The notes beneath the pieces are model-generated. The model was not told the origin of the DNA. It made no database searches and saw only the letters and a list, made by a program, of their open reading frames with translations. A stretch of 64,000 nt of DNA from an uncultured Acidobacteriaceae bacterium (GTDB lineage: Bacteria; Acidobacteriota; Terriglobia; Terriglobales; Acidobacteriaceae): assembly GCA_963838445.1 (NCBI GenBank), contig CAWIRT010000044.1, forward strand, positions 47,509 through 111,508, written 5' to 3'. Both the position numbers and the translations under genes were made by a program. How positions within the stretch are numbered: the stretch's first letter is position 1; each line of letters starts with the position of its first letter. Shown piece after piece: positions 38,899-48,063 of this stretch.

Positions 38899-39981
38899 AT
38901 GCAGACCAACGTGCTTATGGTTTTAGCACTCGCCGCCTCCGCGCTGGTGACCAGCGCTCAGGAACCGCGGGTCACACACACACAATTTCACTCCGGGCCG
39001 GTGAGCCTGGGACTGTCCGCGACGGTGGACCGATTTCGCCACTCCAATGGCGCGCTTTGGCTGGGATATGCAGTGCAGGCTCTACCGCGAACACATCTCT
39101 CTGCGTGTTCGTCTTGGACGGGATCATCAGAAGTGGAAGCTGGATGCTGCAATGAACTTCGGCTCGAAGAGGACGCAAACAATCTGAACACCTCGGAGCA
39201 GGCGGACGCGCCTGCCCCCATGGTCATGGTGCTTCTCCGGCTTGACCACGGCGACGTCACGCGGACGCGTATGGCTCGAGTAGGATGCACCCTCGATGCC
39301 GGCGGAGTACCTTTCGAGTGGCTGACGGATGTGCAGCCGGAAGACAGTGCCGCATTTCTCGGCAAGCTTGCCCAGAGCGCCGCCGCACTTCGCGATAGCG
39401 GAGCGCCGCGCGGCCGGGGAGTGGAGGAGAATCTGGTTGCTCTGAGCATGCATGCGACGCCCAGGGCAACCGAAGTGCTGGCCTCGCTCGCCGCTCCCGG
39501 AAACAGCGCCTACTTGCGTGAGAAAGCGGCTTTCTGGCTCGGCGCACAGCGTGGCCACGAAGGGCTGCTGGCCTTGCGCCAGCTCCTGCGCACCGAGCAA
39601 GACAGCAAGCTCCGCGAAAAGCTGGTGTTCGATCTCTCTATCAATGCAGACCCTGCTGCAACCGACGATTTGATTCAGATGGCGAACTCGGACGCAGACA
39701 GCCGGGTGCGCGCTCAGGCTCTTTTCTGGCTGGCGCAGAAAGCGGGAAAGAAAGCGATCGGCGCCTTGAATGCGTCCATCGAAAATGATCCCAACTTTGA
39801 AGTTAAGAAGAAAGCCGTCTTCGCCCTCAGCCAATTGCCCCGGGAAGAGAGCGTCCCGCAACTGATGCACGTCGCTGACACCAATTCCAACTTCGCCATT
39901 CGCAAGGAAGCAATCTTCTGGCTGGGACAAACCAACGATCCGCGTGCGATCGCCTACATCGAGCAATTGCTGAAACGCTGA
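38899..39981 (+). CDS. secreted HEAT-repeat protein
   Basis: GGAAGGAG precedes the ATG. Signal peptide. HEAT/PBS-lyase-type units (LREKAAFWLG, RVRAQALFWLAQ, KKKAVFALSQL, IRKEAIFWLGQ). Confidence 0.75.
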   Translation: MQTNVLMVLALAASALVTSAQEPRVTHTQFHSGPVSLGLSATVDRFRHSNGALWLGYAVQALPRTHLSACSSWTGSSEVEAGCCNELRLEEDANNLNTSEQADAPAPMVMVLLRLDHGDVTRTRMARVGCTLDAGGVPFEWLTDVQPEDSAAFLGKLAQSAAALRDSGAPRGRGVEENLVALSMHATPRATEVLASLAAPGNSAYLREKAAFWLGAQRGHEGLLALRQLLRTEQDSKLREKLVFDLSINADPAATDDLIQMANSDADSRVRAQALFWLAQKAGKKAIGALNASIENDPNFEVKKKAVFALSQLPREESVPQLMHVADTNSNFAIRKEAIFWLGQTNDPRAIAYIEQLLKR

Positions 39982-40193
39982 GCCACGGTCAATTCATTCC
40001 TGTCTCCAGGTAAACGCTGCTTAAGCTTCTTTCGTCCGATAGCGCAGGAACTACAACCCGAGTTGAATCACAGCACAAGCGTGAGCAACCTGAACCTCCA
40101 AAGAGTACATTGAATGCTTTGGTTAACAGGACTGTGCTGATGCTCTGCAAAGGATTCCTGCGGAGTCGGGCGAGAGTAGGTAAGGAGCATAGG

Positions 40194-41294
40194 ATGATCG
40201 TTTCTTCAAACAGATTGACTCGGGGCGTCGCCATAGCCGCATCGCTTTGGTTCTCGGTGGCAACCGCCACGGCGCAGATGGCAACCGCGCAGATCGTGAG
40301 GACCGCGAAGACCTTTCTATCCACACTCGATCAGAAGCAGCGGCAAAGTGTGATGTTTGCCTTCGACGACCAGAAACAACGCGCAAACTGGTCCAACTTG
40401 CCCACCAGTTTTGTTCCGCGGGGCGGTATCAGCTTCAAGGAAATGAATGCTACGCAGCGTTCTGCCGCCATGGCGCTGGTGGCCTCCGCACTCAGCCGGA
40501 GAGGCTATGAGAAGGTCCAGCAGATCATGGAGGGAGACGAGATCCTCAGAACCAATGAGGTCAAAAACCCGCCTCGGCCAGGCGGAAACGGCGGCGGACC
40601 CCACCGCGAAATGGTGGCCTCCCCGGGCAATGGCCTGGGCAAATTTTGGCAAGGACCTCTACTACATCTCACTCCTCGGAACTCCCTCCGAGAAAGCCCC
40701 GTGGATGCTGCAGTTCGGTGGACACCATCTGGCGCTCAACATCACCATCGCCGGCGAACAGGGTGTGCTCACGCCGACTCTGACTGGGGCTCAGCCCGCT
40801 CTTTACATCACTGGCGGAAAGACGGTTCGGCCTCTCGGCCAGGAGAGCGACAAGGCACTGGCTCTACTCAATGCCCTCGATGATAACCAACGGAAGCAGG
40901 CGGTTTTGAGCTACCGGCTGGCCGATCTCGTACTCGGTCCCGGACAGGATGGCATCACCATCCAACCCGAGGGCCTGAAAGCCTCTGCCATGAATGAGCA
41001 GCAGCGCACGATGCTGCTCGACGTCATCTCCGAGTGGGCTGACATTATTCATGAAAGCGCGGCCGCGGCCCGTATGGCCCAGTTGAAGGCCGATCTCAAC
41101 GAAACCTGGTTCTCGTGGAGCGGCCCCACCACCGGACCCCTGGGAAAAACATCACCGCCTACTACCGGATTCAAGGCCCGCACCTGGTCATTGAGTACGC
41201 TCCTCAAACCCTGGGCGGCGATCCCTCCCTGCACGTCCATACCATGTACCGTGACCCCACAAATGACTACGGGCGGGGGCTCACAAAAAATTGA
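40194..41294 (+). pseudogene. DUF3500-family secreted protein, two compensating apparent frameshifts (frame 0 to 1 to 0)
   Basis: TAAGGAG precedes the ATG at 40194. DUF3500 blocks are spread over three segments:
- FAFDDQKQRANWSNLP...RGGISFKEMNATQRSAAMALV (frame 0)
- FGKDLYYISLLGTPSEKAPWMLQFGGHHLALN (frame 1)
- ITAYYRIQGPHLVIEYAPQTLGGDPSLHVHTMYRDPTNDYG (frame 0)
The breaks fall on A3T4 (40641-40647) and A5 (41145-41149). Confidence 0.7.
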
Positions 41295-42664
41295 AAGGGA
41301 AGCTCATCGCCGTTGCTGTCGTGCTTCTGTCCGTCGGAGGGGTCGCTTCCGCGCACAGGCTCGACGAATACCTGCAAGCCACCATCCTCTCCGTAGAGAA
41401 GGACCACGTGCGGGCATCCATGCGTCTGATCCCTGGTGTCGCGGTGTCTTCCTCCGTCATTGCGAGCATCGACAGCAACGGCGACGGAACGTTGTCCTCC
41501 GCCGAAGAGCACGCCTATGCCGAGAGGGTGCTCGGCGACCTGTCTCTCACGGTCGATGGCAACAGCGTCAGACCGAAGCTGGTCTCGGTGTCCTTCCCGC
41601 AGATCGAAGAGATGAGAGAGGGCCTGGGCGAAATCCACATCGAATTCACGGCCGATCTGCCGCGCGGCGGTCTCAACCGAAGACTTGTTCTCGAGAACCA
41701 CCACCTGAACGCGACTTCAGCCTACCTGGTCAATACCGTGGTTCCGCGCGACCCCGGTATCCGCATCGTCGGCCAAAAGCGCAATGAACAGCAGTCGTTC
41801 TATGAGCTGGACTATGAGCAGGCAGGTGGCATTGCAGAGCCGGGACACGCAAATGGTTGGGCCAACTTTCGTTTCCGCATAAGCTCGGTTGGCTTCCTCA
41901 GTCTCTTCCGCCTCGGCATGCGGCACATCGCGGAAGGCACAGACCATCTCTTGTTCCTGCTGGCACTTCTTCTGCCTGCGCCTCTCGTCGTCTCCGGCTC
42001 CCGCTGGGCTGGATCTGCGGGAGTGCGCCGCAGCCTGCTCCGCATGCTTGAAATAGTGACCGCATTTACCATCGGCCATTCGACCACGCTGGTGCTGGCA
42101 GCCTTAGGATTTGTCCACGTGCCCAGCCGGCCCGTCGAAGTGCTGATCGCTTTTTCCATCCTGATATCGGCCATGCACGCTCTCCGCCCAATCTTCCCTG
42201 GAAAAGAAGCCGGCATCGCAGCGTTCTTCGGCCTCATCCACGGTCTAGCCTTCGCCGCCACCCTCGGTAACCTGGGCCTCGGCCGATGGGAGCGTGTCAC
42301 GGGCGTTCTGGCATTTAACCTGGGCATCGAAACAATGCAGATGGTCGTAGTCGCCGTCACTCTGCCGTCCCTGATCCTCTTGAGCCGCTCGGGAGCGTAT
42401 TCGTTCTTAAGATTCGGCGGAGCACTTTTTGCCGGTTTCGCCTCGATGGGCTGGATCGCCGAGCGCCTGTTGGGCATGCATAACTCGGTGGACCTCGTAA
42501 CGAATAGCATTGCGCATCATGCCGTTTGGATCGCAGGCGCATTGTTCCTGATGAGTCTCAGTTGCTGGCGGCTGCGGTCCCTAAAGCAAATCTCTCACCG
42601 GCGACTCGATTCGCAACCCGATCTCAAATGTTCAATTCGTGAAGAGCTTATTGGGCCGGTATAG
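41291..42664 (+). CDS. HupE/UreJ_2-family membrane protein with an N-terminal periplasmic domain carrying an EF-hand-like loop
   Basis: The TTG start overlaps the DUF3500 stop. Signal peptide. DSNGDGTLSSAEE loop. HupE/UreJ core: GTDHLLFLLALLL...FTIGHSTTLVLAALG...EVLIAFSILISA...FGLIHGLAFA...AFNLGIETMQ. Confidence 0.7.
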   Translation: MKGKLIAVAVVLLSVGGVASAHRLDEYLQATILSVEKDHVRASMRLIPGVAVSSSVIASIDSNGDGTLSSAEEHAYAERVLGDLSLTVDGNSVRPKLVSVSFPQIEEMREGLGEIHIEFTADLPRGGLNRRLVLENHHLNATSAYLVNTVVPRDPGIRIVGQKRNEQQSFYELDYEQAGGIAEPGHANGWANFRFRISSVGFLSLFRLGMRHIAEGTDHLLFLLALLLPAPLVVSGSRWAGSAGVRRSLLRMLEIVTAFTIGHSTTLVLAALGFVHVPSRPVEVLIAFSILISAMHALRPIFPGKEAGIAAFFGLIHGLAFAATLGNLGLGRWERVTGVLAFNLGIETMQMVVVAVTLPSLILLSRSGAYSFLRFGGALFAGFASMGWIAERLLGMHNSVDLVTNSIAHHAVWIAGALFLMSLSCWRLRSLKQISHRRLDSQPDLKCSIREELIGPV

Positions 42665-43026
42665 AGAAGGTAAGATAATTCCATCACCATAGAGTGGCGC
42701 AAGAACCTCGGCAACCTGGAACTCCCCTTGCATCCGCTGGCTAACCATGCAGGCGCCCGTCAATGCTGGATCGCCCAGGACCCGTGAACAGGAGTATCGC
42801 AACAGATGACGCTCTGCTGTTTATCCGCAACCGCCATCGCGGCCAACCTCCGCGTTGGGGGCAGCCCGGGTTGACATAACACCCCCGCCCAGCGCCTCCA
42901 ACCCGCCTACGGGCAGGTACGCGCATGAGCACTTGTATGTGCGAGCCATCGTTCACGACAATGGCTCAGCGCGTGCCGCCTTGATCGGCGCGAACGATAA
43001 GTAGCTAACCCTCAAGGAGCGTCACA

Positions 43027-43986
43027 ATGGGAATCAATAGAAGAACATTTCTTAGCTCAATGATAGCCGTGGCGGCGGGCCGCATCGTCAGGGCTCAGTT
43101 GCCAGCGGAGACGGCGAATCTCTGGGGCACTCCTGTGATCGACTGTCATTTTCATCCCCGACCCACCCTGGAGGCGAACCTGGCTCACCTGAACGGATCG
43201 GGTTGTCAGGCAGCCTATCTGTTGGCGCGGCTGACCGCGGGCGACGACGCAAAGCGATTCATGGCCCAGGAGCCATCCCGTTTTGCAGGTTATTCCGTGA
43301 GCACCAACGTTTCCGCACCCGATGCGGTAAAGCTGCTTACCGAGGCGGTAAAGTCCGGAGCCCACGGCTTCGGCGAAGTGAAGTTTCATGTCGAGGCCGA
43401 TGGGCCGGAGATGCGGCGCCTATACGCGGCAGCCGCCGAACTCGATGTGCCCGTAACCATCCACTTTCAGGAAGTGCCGCACACACCGACCGAGGGCGTA
43501 TTCAACACCGGGTTCAAGCGGTTTGACGCCATCCTCAAGCAGTTTCCTAAAACCACCTTCGTCGGGCATTGCGACGCATTTTGGGCCAACATCAGCGCAG
43601 ATTATGCCAATGATAAGGACTACCCCAGAACCCCGATCGTGCGCGGGGGCATTACGGACAAATGGCTCTCCGATTATCCCAACCTGTTCGCTGATCTATC
43701 GGCAAACTCCGGCAACAACGCGCTCACCCGCGATCCTTCCTTCACCGCCGATTTCCTGAAGCGACACCAAAACAAGTTGTTCTTTGGCAGCGACTGTTCC
43801 TGCAGTGACGGCCACGGGGCCGGCATCTCGCAGGGAGGCAATCCAGGCGCAGCGAGGCTTGCGGGCAAGTGCGTGGCGCGGGAGACGCTCACAGTGTTGA
43901 AGGCGAATACAACGCCAAAGCTCTTCCGTACCCTGGTTTGGGAAAACGGGCACCGGGTATACAAATTGAAGATTGCTACAGCATAA
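43027..43986 (+). CDS. Tat-exported amidohydrolase-2 (TIM-barrel metal hydrolase) family protein
   Basis: AAGGAG precedes the ATG. Tat motif INRRTFLSS. Metal-ligand blocks IDCHFHP, GFGEVKFH, TIHFQ, GHCDAFW and FGSDC. Confidence 0.7.
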   Translation: MGINRRTFLSSMIAVAAGRIVRAQLPAETANLWGTPVIDCHFHPRPTLEANLAHLNGSGCQAAYLLARLTAGDDAKRFMAQEPSRFAGYSVSTNVSAPDAVKLLTEAVKSGAHGFGEVKFHVEADGPEMRRLYAAAAELDVPVTIHFQEVPHTPTEGVFNTGFKRFDAILKQFPKTTFVGHCDAFWANISADYANDKDYPRTPIVRGGITDKWLSDYPNLFADLSANSGNNALTRDPSFTADFLKRHQNKLFFGSDCSCSDGHGAGISQGGNPGAARLAGKCVARETLTVLKANTTPKLFRTLVWENGHRVYKLKIATA

Positions 43987-44016
43987 TCGTGGATCCCGGT
44001 CAGCGTTCCAACGGAA

Positions 44017-45549
44017 ATGTGGAAACCGTCTTTGTACCCGGCTACTGCCGCGCGCGGACGGCAAAGTTTGAGCTGTACGCCTGTACCCATTGGAGGCACA
44101 CAATTGTTGCGAATCTGCGCTCCTGCACCCCCGCATTCCAATCTGACTTCGAGTTCTCGTCGACTTGTGCTGCTGGTTCTACTTAACTTCACCGTGTTCG
44201 CACATGCGCAATTCGGACCACCGGAGCCCCAGGGATCAGGTCCCAAACTAGAGGCGCCTACCGTATTTCCCGATCCGGGCACATATCCCACCACGGAATC
44301 CGTCACCCTGATGGATGCTGACCCTCAGGCCACGATTCACTACACCTGGGACGGCAGCATGCCCACCTCAAAGAGCCCGGTCTACGATCCTTCCCAGGTG
44401 CTGTTCATCGGCGGCATCTATGAAGGGGATCACGGGCTGAAGGCCGGCTACACGCTGCGCGCATTTGCCATGCATGAGGGGCACACCAACAGCGCCGTGG
44501 CAAATTTCCAGTTCGTCGTGGATCGGCGGGACCGCACGGCCTACGTGTCGGAAGAGATTCTTCCGGGTGTGCGCATGATCCGCGACTCCGACAACGACAA
44601 GATGTTTCTCGTGAAAGGCGAAAAGGCGTTCGCGCTGATCGATAGCGGCCAGGGTCGTGGCAATTTGCGCGAATATCTTTCGCAGTACACCGGCGGCCTG
44701 CCCATCGAGCCAATTTTTACCCACAGCCACGGTGATCACATCGGACAGGCAGACCAGTTCATTGCAGACACTGTGGAACGAATTGGCGAAGCAGATCGGC
44801 CAGCAACCGAGCGTTTGCTTAAGACCCGCGGCATCGCCGATGACGCGATTGCGAAGAACCTTCAGTCGGTTCACAACGGAGACCATGTCGATCTCGGCGA
44901 CCGCTCGCTCGTAATCTACGATGCCCCTGGGCACACGCCTGGATCGATCGTGGTCTTTGACCAGAAGAGCGGCAATCTTTTCACGGGTGACTCCTTCGGC
45001 AGCAATTCGCCCACGATCCCCGATGCGCTCTGGCTTCAATTCACCCAGGTCCCACTGGATACCTATCTGGCCACGGTGAAGACAACGCGGCTGTACTTCC
45101 GGGGCAAGGTCACGCATATCATGACCGGCCACAACGATCGCCCATTGGACGGTGAGAAATACCTCGACAACTTGCAATCAGCCCTGCAATCCCTGATGGA
45201 CAAAGGTAATGCTGTGCTTGTGCCGTCGTACCGGCCCACAGGCTTGTTGCAAGTCACGATCGGTGATCGCATGCGCGATCCGAACTGGGTCGCGATCAAT
45301 GTCAACAAAGATCACTATCTTCCCGCTCCTGTCGACCAGATTGCCGGCCTTACGCTCCTCGATGTTGACGGCGCGGTGCTGAAACCGGCGTTCTCACCCA
45401 AGGAAAAAAGCTACACCGCGACCCTGCTCAGGAAGAGTTCCACCACGGCGATATCGATAGAGCCGACGTCATCGCGATCGAGCGCGCTCACCATCAATGG
45501 AAAGTCCGCCAACAGCGGTCACGCCAACGGTCGTCCCGCTTTCCGGTAA
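44017..45549 (+). CDS. secreted MBL-fold metallo-hydrolase with an N-terminal chitobiase/Fn3-like module; the C-terminal cadherin-like module is frameshifted (true end probably 45631)
   Basis: HxHxDH motif (THSHGDHIGQ), APGHTPGS and TGHND. N-terminal FPDPGTYPTTESVTLMDADPQATIHYTWDGSMPT. After ~45510-45535 the conserved ending TPTVVPLSGKSTPVTIHVASPDGSQTADYVVTVVKP* continues in another frame to 45631. The exact start is uncertain. Confidence 0.7.
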   Translation: MWKPSLYPATAARGRQSLSCTPVPIGGTQLLRICAPAPPHSNLTSSSRRLVLLVLLNFTVFAHAQFGPPEPQGSGPKLEAPTVFPDPGTYPTTESVTLMDADPQATIHYTWDGSMPTSKSPVYDPSQVLFIGGIYEGDHGLKAGYTLRAFAMHEGHTNSAVANFQFVVDRRDRTAYVSEEILPGVRMIRDSDNDKMFLVKGEKAFALIDSGQGRGNLREYLSQYTGGLPIEPIFTHSHGDHIGQADQFIADTVERIGEADRPATERLLKTRGIADDAIAKNLQSVHNGDHVDLGDRSLVIYDAPGHTPGSIVVFDQKSGNLFTGDSFGSNSPTIPDALWLQFTQVPLDTYLATVKTTRLYFRGKVTHIMTGHNDRPLDGEKYLDNLQSALQSLMDKGNAVLVPSYRPTGLLQVTIGDRMRDPNWVAINVNKDHYLPAPVDQIAGLTLLDVDGAVLKPAFSPKEKSYTATLLRKSSTTAISIEPTSSRSSALTINGKSANSGHANGRPAFR

Positions 45550-45694
45550 GTCGACTCCCGTTACCATCCACGTAGCATCACCCGACGGCTCCCAGACCGC
45601 GGACTACGTTGTGACGGTTGTGAAACCGTAAAGCGGCCCGGCGGCAGAAGAAGGTGCGTGAGAACCGGAGGAAAGGCAGCAGTCCCTTGGGTCT

Positions 45695-45922
45695 GTCAAG
45701 AAACATTTCCAGGACAGGTCCGCAGAACTGCAGATCCCTCCGCTACGCTCCCCAGATTTCCTGTGGAGCTTGGTGGCGTTGACAAGCTCTGTGCGCCTTT
45801 CTCTACGGAATGCCGCATGCGTGGCAGTCGTGAGTGTTGCGAGGTAGGAAATCGGGTACGCTCCGGTATGTCAAAAAACATTTCCAGGAAAGGTCCGCGG
45901 AACTGCAGATCCCTCCGCTACG
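45695..45922. repeat. two 53-bp direct repeats 175 bp apart (dispersed acidobacterial-type repeat)
   Basis: 45695-45747 and 45870-45922: gtcaa(g/a)aaacatttccagga(c/a)aggtccgc(a/g)gaactgcagatccctccgctacg. Confidence 0.7.
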
Positions 45923-46004
45923 GTCGGGATGACAAAGGGAGGGCGAAGCTTCCATAGAGCGGTTGCTGGACACAGGGCGTTTCCTTGCTCCGGATCGGAT
46001 TGAT

Positions 46005-47228
46005 TCAACCCTCGGAGGCAACCAGGTCCCGATCGCGCACCCCAATCAGGTAGAGCAGGCTATCCAGTCCGAGAAACGAAACGGCGTGGCTGGCCGTTTG
46101 CCGGACCAGTGGCTTGGCCCGAAAAGCAATGCCCATGCCGGCAATGCCCAGCATGGGCAGATCGTTCGCGCCATCGCCCACCGCAACTACCTGGTCGAGC
46201 GAGATATTTTCCTGCCCGGCAATCTGTCTTAACAACTCAGCCTTGCGCGCGCCATCGACAATCGGCGTCCGGACTTCCCCGCTCACCATGCCATCCGCGA
46301 TGTCCAGATCGTTGGCGTAGACATAGTCGATGCCCAATCGTTTCTGCAAATGCTGGGCGAAGAAATTAAACCCTCCGGAGAGGATCGCCGTTTTGTAGCC
46401 CAGCATCTTGAGAGTTCCGATCAAGTGCTCGGCTCCTTCCACCAGAGGAATGGTATGCAGCAGCTCTCGAACCCTCGTTTCTTTGAGCCCGCACAGCAAC
46501 GCCACCCGGCGCCGGAAGCTCTCCTGGAATTCAATTTCTCCCCGCATGGCAGCTTCGGTAACCTTCACCACCTCGCCGGCTACGCCTGCCAACTTTGCCA
46601 GCTCATCAATGACCTCCCCTTCAATCAAGGTGGAATCCATATCGAAGGCAAAAAGCCGCCGGTTGCGACGGAAGATGCTCTCGCGCTGGAAGGCAATGTC
46701 GATTTTCAAATCGTGAGCAGTCGAGAGAAAGGCCGCGCGCATGGATTGTTCAGAAGAGGAATCTCCGCTCACCGTCAATTCAACGCAGGCGTTCGCATCC
46801 GGGCTGTGCACTGCCAGAGACAACCGCCCGGAGAGGCGCTCAATCTGGTCGACGTTCAAACCATGCTCGGCAACGATGGTACTCACCCGGGCAAGATGGT
46901 TGGCAGAAATCGCCCGGCCAAGGATGGTGACGATAAATTGATCCTTGCCCTGCGATGCGATCCAGTCCTCCAGGTCAGCCTGCGCGACGGGCGTGAAATT
47001 GACCTGCAATTGAAGTTTCCTCGACTTTGCAACCAGGGCGTCTTGAAGACCGCGAAAACTCTCCCCTCGCGGAATCTCGACCAGCAGACCAAGAGAGAGC
47101 GTTTCATGCACGACCGCTTGCCCGATATCCAGCACGCAGGTGTCAAAACTGGCCAAAATTGCAGTCAACTCTGCGGTAAGTCCAGGCCGGTCGCGGCCGG
47201 AAAAGTGAATCAGGATAGTCTCGTTCAT
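46005..47228 (-). CDS. serB: phosphoserine phosphatase SerB with N-terminal ACT domains
   Basis: ACT-type N-terminus (ILIHFSGRDRPGLTAELTAILASF). HAD motifs FAFDMDSTLI, SGGF and GDGANDLPM. 407 aa. Confidence 0.85.
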   Translation of the reverse strand: MNETILIHFSGRDRPGLTAELTAILASFDTCVLDIGQAVVHETLSLGLLVEIPRGESFRGLQDALVAKSRKLQLQVNFTPVAQADLEDWIASQGKDQFIVTILGRAISANHLARVSTIVAEHGLNVDQIERLSGRLSLAVHSPDANACVELTVSGDSSSEQSMRAAFLSTAHDLKIDIAFQRESIFRRNRRLFAFDMDSTLIEGEVIDELAKLAGVAGEVVKVTEAAMRGEIEFQESFRRRVALLCGLKETRVRELLHTIPLVEGAEHLIGTLKMLGYKTAILSGGFNFFAQHLQKRLGIDYVYANDLDIADGMVSGEVRTPIVDGARKAELLRQIAGQENISLDQVVAVGDGANDLPMLGIAGMGIAFRAKPLVRQTASHAVSFLGLDSLLYLIGVRDRDLVASEG

Positions 47229-47469
47229 TGATACAAAAGGTCCCTCTTCTAGCCTAACAGGCGAGCTCTGGATGGCAGATCACGGCCAGGCGGAGTGGCG
47301 ACAGAAACCCTCCTGCGAATATCCCGGCCGGCGCGATAAAGGAAGTGACCAGCGCTGTCATCTTCCTAAGGGGCGGAAGAGGAGCTATTGAATGCGGCAA
47401 AGGTAATGTCTTCTTCGCAGGTTGAGTTGCCGAACGCTGCCAAAGCCGAACTGAGAGGGAAATAGCGCC

Positions 47470-47830
47470 GCAGGGGCTAAAGAGGCTGCGTGAGAACTGG
47501 GACTACGAAATAGTCCCGAAGGGACGGCTGAACTTAGCCCAGGACGTCAGTCCTGGGTTGGATTCGAAAGAACGACCCAGCCTGCCCCGGCCTGCCGTGG
47601 GTCCCGCAGGGACGGCTGAAAATGGGCCGCGACGCAATGCTCCTTCAGTCGTCCCTGCGGGACTCAATCATGTTTCATGATGTACCCAGGACTGCGTCCT
47701 GGGGTAAGTTCAGCCGTCCCTTCGGGACTAGTTTGGAAACGGGGTGCTCACGCAGGGGCTAAAGCCCTCGTCCTACCTCTTTTTCGGCACGACTGAAGTC
47801 GTGCCCTGATACAAAGCGCTTTTCGAAATT
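47470..47830. repeat. nested palindromic REP cluster (~300 bp, centred near 47632) plus one flanking unit
   Basis: 47511-47557 is the reverse complement of 47685-47730. Inner pair: 47601-47626 with 47642-47663. Outer pair: ctgcgtgagaac with gtgctcacgcag. ggcacgactgaagtcgtgccctgatacaaagc at ~47790. Confidence 0.75.
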
Positions 47831-48063
47831 GGCTCGAAACAGACTGACCTGGACATTAGTTTTACAGTCATCAACGAAAGCGCTCCCTCAGTGGCTAAAG
47901 CCGGACAGGTTTGCAATCACTTATGGACGGCCTGAAGGCCGTCCCCTTCACTGCTGATTTTCAATCGAGAGGACGCACTGAGCGCACCCCTACTTACAGC
48001 ACTTTCGCAATCAATGTGGGCCATTGCCAGAACCACCATAGGCGGCTGGTGATTGGGGAACGT

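Noticed and set aside
42912-43004. Short frame reading GRYAHEHLYVRAIVHDNGSARAALIGANDK*, reminiscent of the N-terminal strand of neutral ceramidase-type hydrolases
   Set aside because: Only about 30 residues with no upstream continuation. It could be a gene relic, but that is too little to call.
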